Assembly: GCA_973895155.1 (NCBI GenBank)
Contig: OZ316891.1
Span: 2,533,324 to 2,597,323, forward strand
Length of the DNA stretch: 64,000 nucleotides
Origin: Marsupella aquatica
Taxonomy: Eukaryota > Plantae > Marchantiophyta
Reading direction: 5' to 3'
The stretch's first letter is position 1. Each line of letters begins with the position of its first letter. Positions 49,999 to 61,265 of this stretch are shown in pieces. A program made the translations under genes and the position numbers. The notes under the pieces are model-generated. The model did not search any database, was not told where the DNA came from, and worked only from the letters and a program-made list of their open reading frames with translations.

Positions 49999-52900
49999 CT
50001 TACTAGTGCAAACAAGAATCTTCTGTGAGTAAGACATTTTTTTTTTGATTGATTAGTGCAAGTAATAATGATCTTCTGGGAATAAGACAATTCTTTTCAG
50101 ATTGATCAGTGCAAGCAATAATCTTTGGAGAATATGACAGACATTTTTGGTCCAAATAAGTGTAATTCCTTGTTAAGTGCAAGACTTCATTGACACTTAC
50201 TAGTAATTGCAATATTGCTTAGAAATTGCAATTACCAGTTAGTACAGCCACTTGATGTGTTTATGTATTGCAATTATTGAGGTTGCAGTGTCTTAGGGAG
50301 CGATAATAACAAAATTAGGGGTGGAGTAGTGCTGGAAATAGTGCGCTTCATTTGAAAATAGGGCTGCTTGTGAAGAGAGTAGGTGGAGTAGGGGCCGCAT
50401 GTGAAGACAGTCGATGGATTAGGGAGCCCTCCTGTGAAGAGGCAGCTGCTCCCATTGAGGGTTGAGAGCTATGGTGAGAAAGACAACTCTTGTTCAATTA
50501 CTTGAAATAGCTTTGGTCAGTTGCTGTCATCGAGGGCCAACACTTTTTATCCTCACTTCTATTCACATTCAAAGGGCAGGTAGTTGAGCTAATACGCTGA
50601 ATTACGTGCTGAATTGAAGGTAGAGTGTAAATTTCTACCGATGCATGAGACCGCAAGAAGTTTTAACCTGACATGCACAAGCAACTTACATGGGTGCACT
50701 TGCTGCCCAGAACTTGTTGTTCTCCCAAATTAGCTGCTCTCCCCAGAGTCAGGCACCCACTATAGGCAGCTCGCAGGTCCAAAAATGCTTGCTGCAGCTT
50801 TGTTTACACATACCAAATGTGTAAACAAACGGCGTTTTCCCTTCACAAATTGCCAAGGCCTTAAAAAGTTATGGTTTCAGGATTGTTGGGCCCAAGGGTT
50901 GTCAGGGTCATTTATTGAAAGGGAGGAGGGGAAGGAGCTGGGCACCATTTATCTGGCATTCATGGTTTGCAAAACAGGGAGGCAGGGAAGGAGCCAAGGT
51001 CAGCTGGCTTGCACAAAGGGAGGGGGCTGGCCCTGGTACCGGGTGGGGTAAGGCGGGGCCAATAGCGTCTTGCCATATGGCATACAACCAATGCAAACTG
51101 ACGTTGGGCTAAGTATAGGATTTAAAGTAAGCATATACGAAATGGAAGTCAACCTAGGAATTATAATAATTTGGGGGACAAGTTGATAATTTTGGTCAGT
51201 TGAGGGTAAAGGTTAGTAATACCCTATAACTGGAAAAACTAAACGTGGGTGGAGCAAAAGCCCTGATCTGCAACAACTAGTGTAGTAACTAAGTCTGAAA
51301 TGCAACATGGGATGACCTAGTGGTCCACATCTAGTATTCTAACTAAGTCTGCAAGTGGGACATGGGATAATCTAATGGTCCACATTTAGTGTTGTAACTA
51401 AGTTTGCAAGTGGGACAAGGAAGTCCACTATCCTTTGCCCCAACAATGAGCCCAAGGAGTGTTTCCAATTCAGATCATGGTGGCCAGGTGGTGAGAATCA
51501 ACCCCTGACAATGTGTTCCTACAAGGAGAACCTACAAGAGAAGGAAATGCCAAAGGGGGTCTACTTACTCCTTACCAGGCAAGCAATAAGGGCATCTCAA
51601 ACCAGCTCTTGTGTAGAGGTTTTCCATAACCAAATGATGCAGGCTGGCTGGCAGGTCAAAAATCTGTGGTTCACAAAAAATGTTACTGCCACTACCTCTG
51701 GCGGTCAGTGCACCATTGTCCACACCAAAAATAGGTCGGCACAAATGCATTGGGGTCCAAGGTCATGTACATCGTTCAAAAAAAATAACCCAATTCAAAA
51801 ACTTGATGATCTTACATTTTCCCTCGTGCCGTTGTTGATATCCATCTCTGAAACCCAAAACCCTCTGGGTAAAGTTTGACCTAAAGCTGGGTTTCCATCA
51901 GGGTCAAGGCTGACCTAAGATAACACCAGCTGTGAGATGCCCTACTATGGAACGGCTGGATTGTAGTCAATTGTGAACAACCCATCTTTTCCTGGCTTAC
52001 AAATTGCAATATCTTTTCCTACAGTTGTGATGAGGTCTCATTCTCACTATAAGCCCTTTCGTTCTTCACTCTCAGAGAAAGTTGCTTGATCATGAAAAGA
52101 CATGGCGAGGGTTCCTAAAGACCCAGTAGTTGGCATCGAGAAAGGCTGGAGAAATAATCAGACGAGAATTGAGCTGGAGCAGAGCATAATGGGTTTTAGA
52201 AATGTGTCTCCTGGACATCCTCCTTGTCTGAGACGACTCTGCAGTTCAGGAGAAGTTTGGATTTTGGTTTGGTGTGAAATGGGATACGGAAATGGGGTAA
52301 CCGTCAGTGAATGTGGCGAATGTGAACTGAGACCTTTGCCGGTTGACATCATCTTCAGTTTCTTGCTGGCAACTTTCTGTGTTTGCGATCATAACGCTCT
52401 CCCGTATTACGTTTCATCAGGCAGGCACAAGGATCCGTTGATCATGGTGGAATGTGAAGCGCCCACCGATTAGAATTGCCTCTTGTCTTGCGTCACAAAC
52501 AATGTGACGCTGTTGATTGAGCTTCGGAAGCCTCTTGCAGCAGAACGTTTTCGTCTTCAATAATTATTGCATTGCAGAGCGTCCATCGTCAGGCAGAGTG
52601 ATTGCAGTCGGCACAAATGGTTTCATTCTGTCTTGATTACAATCTCAAGCTCCGAGAGGATGAGGTCTGGGCGGGGGGGAGAGGGTTTAGATTGATTCAG
52701 TGTTCGCGAAGGATGAGAGGAATGGAAGCAGCCACGAGTGCCAAATTAAGGAGGTGCAACCGGACGAAGATGATCCAACTTCTGCAAGAGAATGGTACAG
52801 TAGTGAGCCTGTAGGAGCTGAAGGTTCAAATCAATGCACAGAATTGATCAAATTTGTGCAATTTTGGCAGACATTTCTGCATTTGGCAAGAGGCATACCC

Positions 52901-53102
52901 ATTTCTTTGTTTCAGGTATAAAAGACAATAGTCGGTTACAATAGGGCTTGGTGCAAACCGATTGCCCTGAATTTCCGGCCTCTCCCCAAACTGTTGACAT
53001 TCACATGGTGTTCCGAAAGACAAAATCAATATCGTGGCAAGAGATGTAACAGAGTGTATTGTTTTCTTCCATTGCAGCATGTAGTGCGGAGAATAAATAA
53101 AG

Positions 53103-54104
53103 ATGGGTGCTGCTGACAAATGCTTGAATCTGACAATGCTGTCAGCCCAGGGTTTGAAAGACGTCTGTACGTTTGGCACAATGAGTCCCTACGCAAAAGC
53201 GTGGATCCATCCATCGGCAAAACAACGGACCCCAGTTGCAACAAATGCGGGTTGCACACCTGTGTGGGGTCACAAGATTCATCTTTCTCTGCCCCCCCAT
53301 GCTCTGAGAGAGGAGAAGCTATCACTTACTATTCAAATCTGGAATCAAGGTTCTGCCTCGGACACTCTTGTGGGCAGTGCAAATCTTCCGCTCTGTGATC
53401 TTCTCACCAGCACCAAGCCCAACGGCTTGGAGTTCATGGCTTGCCAATTAATGAGGCCCTCTGGTAGAGTTCAAGGTTTGGTGAACTTCTCGATAGAGAT
53501 TTCGGACAAAAATAGTGTCTCGGCACCAGCTTCCACCTCCTCCAAGGAATCCCCTGAGAATTGCAAAGAGACTTCCTCTTCTTTAACCGTTTCTGGAGTT
53601 AGGAAAATGAAACGAGATCCTTCCGGTGACCAGAATCATGACAGCAATAACATGTCCTCCGCCGAATTGAAAGAGCCAGTGAATTGGTCCGTTCTGCATT
53701 CCGGAAAACCTGTCGAAGCTGCTCCAGATGCACTAGGTACTGGTCACGGTTTCTGCACATCGTCAGACCCCCGAGGAGGACTCAACAAGCCAGGAACGCC
53801 AGGTACAAGGTTTTCATCGGCTCCAGACGCTCTGGACCTGCCTCACGGAGATGGCCATTCGCAGGGAGATGCCAATTCGCTGGGAGATGGCCACTCACAG
53901 GGAGATGCCCACGCTTCTTCAAACGGAGGTGGGGGAGCACGGGGCCCACAGAATTCTTTGCCAGGAGTTGGGGGAATGATGCTTGGCGGAGTTATCGGGG
54001 CTCTCCTGATGGGAGAGTCTGTCAATGTGAAAAACGACGGAACTGCAAATCATTCTGGAAGTGGCCAAGGTCATGGTGGGAGCGCAGAGGGAGCTCAACC
54101 GTAG
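53103..54104 (+). CDS. C2-domain protein, SRC2-like, single exon, 333 aa, with a Gly/Ser-rich tail
   Basis: LNLTMLSAQGLKDVCTFGTMSPYAKAWI...QRTPVATNAGCTPVW...LTIQIW...DTLVGSANLPL...QLMRPSGRVQGLVNFS; C-terminal GGMMLGGVIGALLMG segment as in SRC2-type proteins. Confidence 0.82.
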   Translation: MGAADKCLNLTMLSAQGLKDVCTFGTMSPYAKAWIHPSAKQRTPVATNAGCTPVWGHKIHLSLPPHALREEKLSLTIQIWNQGSASDTLVGSANLPLCDLLTSTKPNGLEFMACQLMRPSGRVQGLVNFSIEISDKNSVSAPASTSSKESPENCKETSSSLTVSGVRKMKRDPSGDQNHDSNNMSSAELKEPVNWSVLHSGKPVEAAPDALGTGHGFCTSSDPRGGLNKPGTPGTRFSSAPDALDLPHGDGHSQGDANSLGDGHSQGDAHASSNGGGGARGPQNSLPGVGGMMLGGVIGALLMGESVNVKNDGTANHSGSGQGHGGSAEGAQP

Positions 54105-55166
54105 TGTCTGGAGGAGGAGCCATCTAAATAGGTCCCATTAAGGGAATGAACAGCTTCTCCCATGTAGATTACTTGACCCATTTTGTTGGGATGTACGTGA
54201 CGATGATGAGTTTCGTAGACGCATTTGTCGACCTCAGTTCCCAAGTTTCGAGATTGGAGGTGAACTACGTCTTGCTTTAACTATACTATCAGGTAGATTG
54301 ATTGCAAGATTTCCTGACGTATATTATATTCCTATGGCGGATAATTGTTTGACCCTAAAGCTATCGGGGAAATCCATCTGCAGAAAAGTGTCAATCCTGT
54401 TCGAAGGTATTAAACCTCACATTCAAAAGACTTGCCATCAACCTCAATAAATTCACATCCAAATTACAGACCTGCATCTGTTGCAGTCAGGGTTTGGCGA
54501 TTGTGGAAGGTGAGTGAAAATGTTAGTTCACAAGTTTTCATTCAGCTGTATCAGGATGGTTGGATCAAGAAGTTGGGTGATAAGATACCTTCCAGCTCTC
54601 TTCAGGACGGGGTCTCATTCGGTTCGAGTCTTTAGAACATTAACTGAATGCGGGCCCGCTTCTTCTCCATTTTAGGATCAACACAGACGGGTCATTTGTA
54701 AGATCATCATGCAATTCAATACGTAATCTGTAGGTTGAAAAATTAGAAGGAATGCCAAGATTTAACAATAACGACCGCCAATTGCCCACTGTACAAGTTC
54801 GTCCTGGCCATCCTCTTCGAACTCGGCAGAAGTGCACAGAAAGATACAGCAAACAAGAGAGAGACATGATTCCCGTCAAGAATCGTCATTCAAAAGAAGC
54901 TCGGGACCAGCGTGGGTCAGTCAACGACGAGAGAAAGGAGCGCGCTAAGTGAGGCCACCTTTGCCAAAGAGTTTTGCAACATGGATATTGCAAAACTCGA
55001 CCATGATGCTTGTCCCGAGTCGCAAAGTGTTCCACTAGTACCTACAAACCCTACCCAAGTCGCCAAACCAAGACGTTATCAACCCCTTCGAGACACAGAT
55101 CATCGCCGCACTCAGTACAGAGTACAAGGCCAGAGAACAACGTCACTTATTGGAAAGAATTGGGTG

Positions 55167-55480
55167 TGAGACTCGAGCAAAACTCCAACCTCGGAGGGTA
55201 CGGCATGATTTGAGAAAGCAGAATACCAATTCCCCAGACAGCATGTGAGGCGAGAGCAGAACTCCAATCTCAGAGGGTATGGTATGAGACGAGATAGCAG
55301 ACCACAAATTCCCGAAAGCAGAAGACCAATTCCCCAGACAGCATTTGAGGCGAGAGCACAACTCCAATCTCAGAGGGTATGGTATGAGACGAGATAGCAG
55401 AACACAGATTCCCGAAAGCAAGTGGTCGCAATAGGTAATGTCATTAGATGAGATAGCAGAACACAATTCCCGAAAGCAAG
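55167..55480. repeat. Degenerate tandem repeat, about 110-bp units
   Basis: actccaatctcagagggtatggtatgagacgagatagcag and accaattccccagacagcat recur. Confidence 0.75.
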
Positions 55481-55554
55481 TGGTCTCACTTGGTATGGGT
55501 CTAGCTCATCAGGCGGCCAGGGACTTGTGACAGGAGGTCTCATATTCTCAAGCT

Positions 55555-55880
55555 TCCCACTCTCACCCAGTGTCCACACTTTGCACTTCCGAAAGTTTTT
55601 GAGCAGCTAATTTCGACATTCAATATCTTACTCACATCCAAATCGAATAGACTGTTTCTGGGTTGGTTAGAAGCAGCTTGGATAGATCCCCACTCTCAGT
55701 CACAGCCACACTTTGTGGTTCCGAAAGTGTTTGACCAGCTAACTTCGACATTCAATATCTCCCTCGTATCAGATTGAATCGACGTATCTGGGTGGGTTAG
55801 TTTAAGGATGCTTGGAAACATTCGATATCTCCCACATACGATTGACAGACTGTTTCTGGGTTATTTAGGAATGGATTGGA
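55555..55880. repeat. Degenerate tandem repeat, about 130-bp units
   Basis: cccactctca...ccacactttg...ttccgaaagt...cagctaa...ttcgacattcaatatct repeated. Confidence 0.65.
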
Positions 55881-56185
55881 ACGATCTTTCCAACGAGCCT
55901 AATATGGTCAAATTTCATGGAGAATCGAGGGAGACATACAAATTTACAAAGATGTGTGTCTCTTTCTCATCACAATTCACTCATTGCTATAATATGTACA
56001 CTTGGGCATTAGCCCAATGCCCGTTGCTTTTGTTTGGAGAGTATTTTCCGGCATAAGTCAGAAGGCCATTTTCTGGCATAAGTGAGAAGGCCAAGGAGTG
56101 GGGTGCCGAGGGTAGTTTGTGACCTAGCAATTGGATTTTAATGAGTGTGTGATTAGGAAAAACATTTGTAAACAGACCATAAGAA

Positions 56186-56515
56186 TGTTGATCGAGCATA
56201 GACGATATTCACAATGGCAAGCCAATGATCATCGAAATGCAGAAGTAGTCAACACAGATAGGTTTGTAGTGGACCTCAGCTGAGGCAACGTCTATGGAAA
56301 CACACAAAAACTTTACTGTATTCTAGGTCCGTCGGCCATATCGAATCTATGCAATACAAGTTCTCCTTATCTCTCAAGTGATTATTTATAATGAGCCTAA
56401 GTTTCTCTTATCCAAACAAACATTATTTGGGGATATATTGTGCAACTTGACTAACCTAACCAAATATTTGACTAAGATTAGCCCTAACTATGGTTAGAGT
56501 CATAACACTAAACCT
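56186..56515 (-). mobile_element. Degraded LTR of the same copia family
   Basis: tgttg...gagcatagacga...gaggcaacgtc...acacacaa...ctttactg...tctcaa...aatgagcctaagtt is collinear with 45124-45340; right end uncertain. Confidence 0.65.
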
Positions 56516-57159
56516 GAAAGTTAAACCCTAACTATGAAAGGAAGGGACTGATTATCATAATTTTTTATATGAGCAAACAAGAGTGTTTCACTATGGGCTG
56601 CAAAAGTACATCTGAAAGTTTCGGCAAAAGTGGAGGTCTATCTGAGTTCCAACCTAGTTCATTTTGTGGGTTTCTCTTCAAGACCAGCTTTCCACGTTCT
56701 AAGAGCACTTTCCATACCAGCTTCATGAAACATTTTTGTGAGAGTGAGTGATCACCTAATAACAAAAACACTGCATTTGGAGATGTCCAAAAGCTGTCAT
56801 CTAAAATGTTCAGGGTGTACTGAGAGGACTGACAAATGCTTTCCCAAAGGCCAACAGCCAACCTTAGACATGGGGAGCCTTTTTTAAAATTATCAGTAGA
56901 TAAATTTCTTGGGTCCACAAAATCTCTGCATGAAGTCACTGTGCTCAGCTCTGTGGGACCCAAAGTCATCTAGATTGTATCTATCCATTCGTGTACAAAG
57001 CTCCATGGGATCCAAAGTAGACTTGAATGCATCTATCCATCCATCTAGCCTTTGTTTCACACACTTTGGAGGCCACTGGGTTTACATAGAACTCAGCCAA
57101 AACAACGAAGCACATTTTGAAGTCGCCCACCTAAGAGTGCCTCATTGGGTTTCTGAAAT

Positions 57160-57900
57160 GAATGGGATTCCATGGGAGCATCAGCTGGCAGGGGGGTCCG
57201 ACACTCCCAACGTAGTGGTGGGAACCCAGGTCCCACTAAAAAGTTCATTTATCCATTGACATACATCTACATGCCCCCAGTTTGAACAGGGCTTCCATGG
57301 AGCAAAACCTGGGAGTGTGAGTCTGACTCTCCCACTCCCACTGGTTCCCACTAATATATTCATCTATCCATCCATCTAGTATACATCTAGAGGCCCTAAA
57401 CATGAATTGGGGTTGCAAGGATCGAGCATAAAGTGCAAGCTAGTGGGAGTGGGCTTTCATATTCTTGGCATGTACATAGATAGTAGATAGATGGATAGAT
57501 GAACCCTTTCGTGAGAACCTGGTTCCCACCCCCGAGAGTGGGAGAGTCCCACCCACACTCCCAGTTTTTGCTCCATGGAAGCCCTAGTCATACTGAGGGC
57601 ATGAAGATGTCAATCCATTGATAGAACCCAGTTTCCACTATCACACCATCAATCCATTCATCTACATCGACATGCCCAAAATGTGAGTGGGGTTCCATGG
57701 GGAACAGAATGGAAGTGGGGTCCCAAGACTCCCCCTTGCATGGTTCCCAACTCATAAATTCATGTATCCATCCATCTAGTGTACATCTAGAGGCCCTCAA
57801 TAAGAATGGGGGTTGCATGGAGAAAGACTGCGAGTGGGGGTCTGACACTCCCACTCCCAGGGGCAGGAACCAGATTCCCCCTAAATAATAGGTTCTTCTA
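57160..57900. repeat. Complex direct and inverted repeat cluster, possibly a non-autonomous DNA element
   Basis: Recurring gtggga/tcccac, ttccatgg/ccatggaa, atccatccatctag and tacatctagaggccct in both orientations. Confidence 0.5.
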
Positions 57901-58245
57901 TCCTTTCATCAATATCTACACTACATGCCCTCTCCTCACGGGTCGATCGATTACAGTGAAATCACTCGATCCCTGAACATAGAAGATCTTTCTCTGCTGC
58001 ACGAGAGGAGAACAGTGGAATGTGCTTACTCAGGCTGAGGTTTAGCGGTCAGTAACTCGTTGCAAAGGAATCAGCCATGGCGGAATGTGCTTCCTGGGAC
58101 TGGAGGTTTAGCGTACAGTCGTAGCAGGAGACTCAGCTGAGCGAGGAGGCTTTGCATTCGGCCAAGAAGAGCGGAGCAGAGCAGGGAAGGGAAGGGGAGG
58201 GGTTGCCACTCTGTTAGCATTTTGTTGGAGCTGTAGTTGTTGGAC

Positions 58246-60437
58246 ATGGCCGCGGTTTCAGCTCTCGGATCCGTTGCTGCGCGGCAGACGGCTGCAACGC
58301 AGGAACGGATCCCGATTGGAGGCCATAGCGAGCGCTCCTTGAGAGATTCGAGGACTGTCGTGTGCCGTTCGCCCATTTTTTCCAATTCAGGTGGGTTTCC
58401 GGTGTTCGTATATACTGTTGGCATAGAAGTGGTCATTAATGAAAACCTTTTCTGGGGTTTGCGTGACAATAATGCTTGATCTGGAATGTATGGCGGACAG
58501 ACAGACGGAAGGAAGTGCGGAATTGTTATTCCTGTAGAGCCCTTACTAGCTCTGGAATGGGTGAATTTGTGTTGTTTCAGGTTCTGCTGCTGCCCCAAGA
58601 ATCTTTCTGAAGGCCTCCAAGTTGCAAAGTCAATCTCTCGTCGTGCAAAGACCTGAAAAGAAAGTGCAGAGGAGGACGTGCGTTGTTACCAATGTGGCCA
58701 CAGCTGAACCCCAAGCACCGGTGGCTGTAAGTCACGCCATTGTAGTGTGAAGTTGTTGTTTTAGTTTCTTTGGTTCAGCCTCTGATGCGATTATTCTAAT
58801 ATAGGTGTGATGGAGGTTGAATCCTTAGAGTATTGTTCTTCGTTGGTTTTTCAGGCGGAGAAAGCATCGAAGGAAAGTGCTCGTCCAGTCTTTCCTTTCA
58901 CTGCAATCGTTGGGCAAGAGGAGATGAAGCTATGCTTAATTCTGAATGTTATCGATCCCAAGATTGGAGGAGTGATGATCATGGGTGACAGGGGCACCGG
59001 AAAGTCTACTACAGTGAGAGCTCTGGTTGACCTGCTTCCTGAGATCCAGGTTGTGTCAGGGGATCCCTTCAATTCCGACCCAGAGGACCCGGAGCTTATG
59101 AGCGAGGACGTCAGGAAAAGGGTTGAAGCTGGTGAGGGGTTCTCAGTAATCTCCACAAAGATTAACATGGTAGACCTTCCGTTGGGAGCAACTGAGGACA
59201 GGTAAATTCCCCCTGACGCCCATCATTTAAGGAGTTGGGAAGCTCAGCAGAAAGTTCAAAATTCTTCTGCCCCAACTTCTCTTTGAGATTATACTTTTAA
59301 CTACGATTTCCAGATTGAATTCTCTCGTGTGGGAAAATCGGGTTGTCATGCAATTCTGGTCAGATTAGGTCTCTTACAAGGCTATTGGAGTCCAGCAGCT
59401 GTTCCTCTTTCTTACCACTTTGTGTCTATTGGTACAGAGTATGTGGGACTATTGATATTGAGAAGGCTCTCACAGAGGGAGTGAAGGCCTTTGAGCCTGG
59501 TCTTTTGGCCAAAGCGAATAGGGGAATTCTGTATGTGGATGAAGTCAATCTCTTGGACGATCATCTCGTGGATGTTCTTCTCGACTCCGCTGCTTCTGGT
59601 TGGAATACCGTGGAGAGAGAAGGAATTTCTATCTCTCACCCTGCACGTTTTATCCTCATCGGATCTGGAAATCCTGAGGAGGGAGAGTTGCGGCCACAAC
59701 TCCTTGATAGATTTGGCATGCATGCCCAGGTAAACCATAAGCCGGAGCGTGAATCTATGTCGTTAGAGTACTAATGTCTGGGATATGTTTGGTTATTAAT
59801 TCTGTCTTGGGACAAAAGCTCGAAAATCTGGGGAGCCTCTGGTTATGGTTTTTTGCATTTATCTTTAGAGTTGTAAGACGTGGAGAGGTTGTGGTTTTGT
59901 TGTAATTGCTAAATTCCAGGATTTTTTGGCATGGTTTTTTTTTCCCCTTTTTTTTTAATATTTAAAGTACTAAAATGTGGAGATTTGTGGCTCGTGTTTT
60001 ATCAGGTCACCACAGTGAAGGATGCTGAACTTCGGGTGAAGATTGTCGAGGAGAGGGGCAGTTTCGACCAAAACTCGGCATCATTCAGGACTGGTTACGA
60101 CGAGAGCCAGCAGAATTTGCGAAAACAGATCTTTGAGGCAAGGGCCCGGCTCCCCAGCGTGAAAGTTGCTCACGATCTTCGTGTCAAAATCTCGAAGGTT
60201 TGTGCTGAGCTGGATGTGGATGGACTGAGAGGAGACATTGTGACGACTAGAGCAGCAAAGGCCTTAGCAGCTTTGAGGGGGCGGGACGAAGTAACCCCAA
60301 AGGATATTCTCACAGTCATTCCTAATTGTCTGAGGCATAGGTTACGCAAGGACCCTCTTGAATCCATCGATTCTGGTCTTCTAGTGGTAGAGAAGTTTAG
60401 CGAAGTATTTGGGTTCTCTTCTAAAGTTGCGAGTTGA
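58246..60437 (+). CDS. CHLI: Magnesium chelatase subunit I (AAA+ ATPase); exons 58246-58390, 58581-58726, 58855-59201, 59438-59729, 60006-60437, about 453 aa
   Basis: [17 protein letters not shown], Walker [88 protein letters not shown]; GT-AG introns in frame; transit-peptide-like N-terminus. Confidence 0.97.
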
Positions 60438-60667
60438 AGTACTTTATGGTTCTGTTGCGGTGAACAGTCGATCTGCTGTTTGAGAGTCCAGCTTCGCTAT
60501 TGGAGTTGGATTTTACCTAGGACGAGGTTGGGGTGCCCTTGCAATCTCAATAAGATCATTCTGACCCTGTGTTGCTCGATATTAGAGCTTGATCGAAGAA
60601 CAGTAAGAAAAGTTGCAGGCCAATTTTTGAGGTTGCGATCGATGCCCAACTTGGAATTTGTGCGCTA

Positions 60668-61265
60668 TCTGAGACGATTCTGCTGTTCAGAACAAATTTT
60701 TTTCTTTTTTGGTTTGAAATGGGATACCGCATTTCGGGTATCCGTCAATGAATCTGACAACGTGCATTGAGACCTTCAGTTTCTTGCTGGCACCTTATTG
60801 TGTTTGTAATAATGCTCGATGGAGCATGGGAGTGGTTGGCAGCGGACATTGTTGAATCCCTGTAGGCGACCTTAGTCTCCAGCTGGGAGTTTCGGAGGAA
60901 GCAGTAGTGGGCTTTCACACCTGTGTGGGGTCTCAAGATTTATCTTTCCCTTCCCCCCAATGTTCTGAAAGAGGAGAAGGAGGAGAAGGTATCTCTTACC
61001 AAACAAATCTGGAGTCCAGGTTCTGCCACCATATCTGGAGTGGTAATGCATATCTTCCACTCTGTGATCTTCTCACGAGCACCAAATCCAACAGCTAGGA
61101 GTTCATGGCTTACCAATTGATTGGGCCTTCTAGTAGAGTTCAAGGCTCGGTGAACTTCTGATAGAGGTTTGGGACAACAGTGTCTGTGCACCAGCTGCAC
61201 TTTTTCCAAAGAATCCCCTGAGAATTGCAAAGAGATTTTCTCCTCTTCAAGCGGTTCCGGAGTTT
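60668..61265 (+). pseudogene. Decayed partial duplicate of the C2-domain gene and its upstream region
   Basis: 60668-60810 matches about 52227-52390, and 60915-61265 matches about 53255-53600 (cacacctgtgtggggtc...tctgtgatcttctcac...ggagttcatggctt...gtagagttcaagg...gaatcccctgagaattgcaaagaga); indels and stops, no start. Confidence 0.85.

Noticed and set aside
35596-60437. Plastid-function cluster (thioesterase, DUF179, CHLI) or organellar/bacterial insertion
   Set aside because: All three have spliceosomal introns and transit-peptide-like N-termini, so they are ordinary nuclear genes; plastid-targeted genes are common enough to neighbour by chance.
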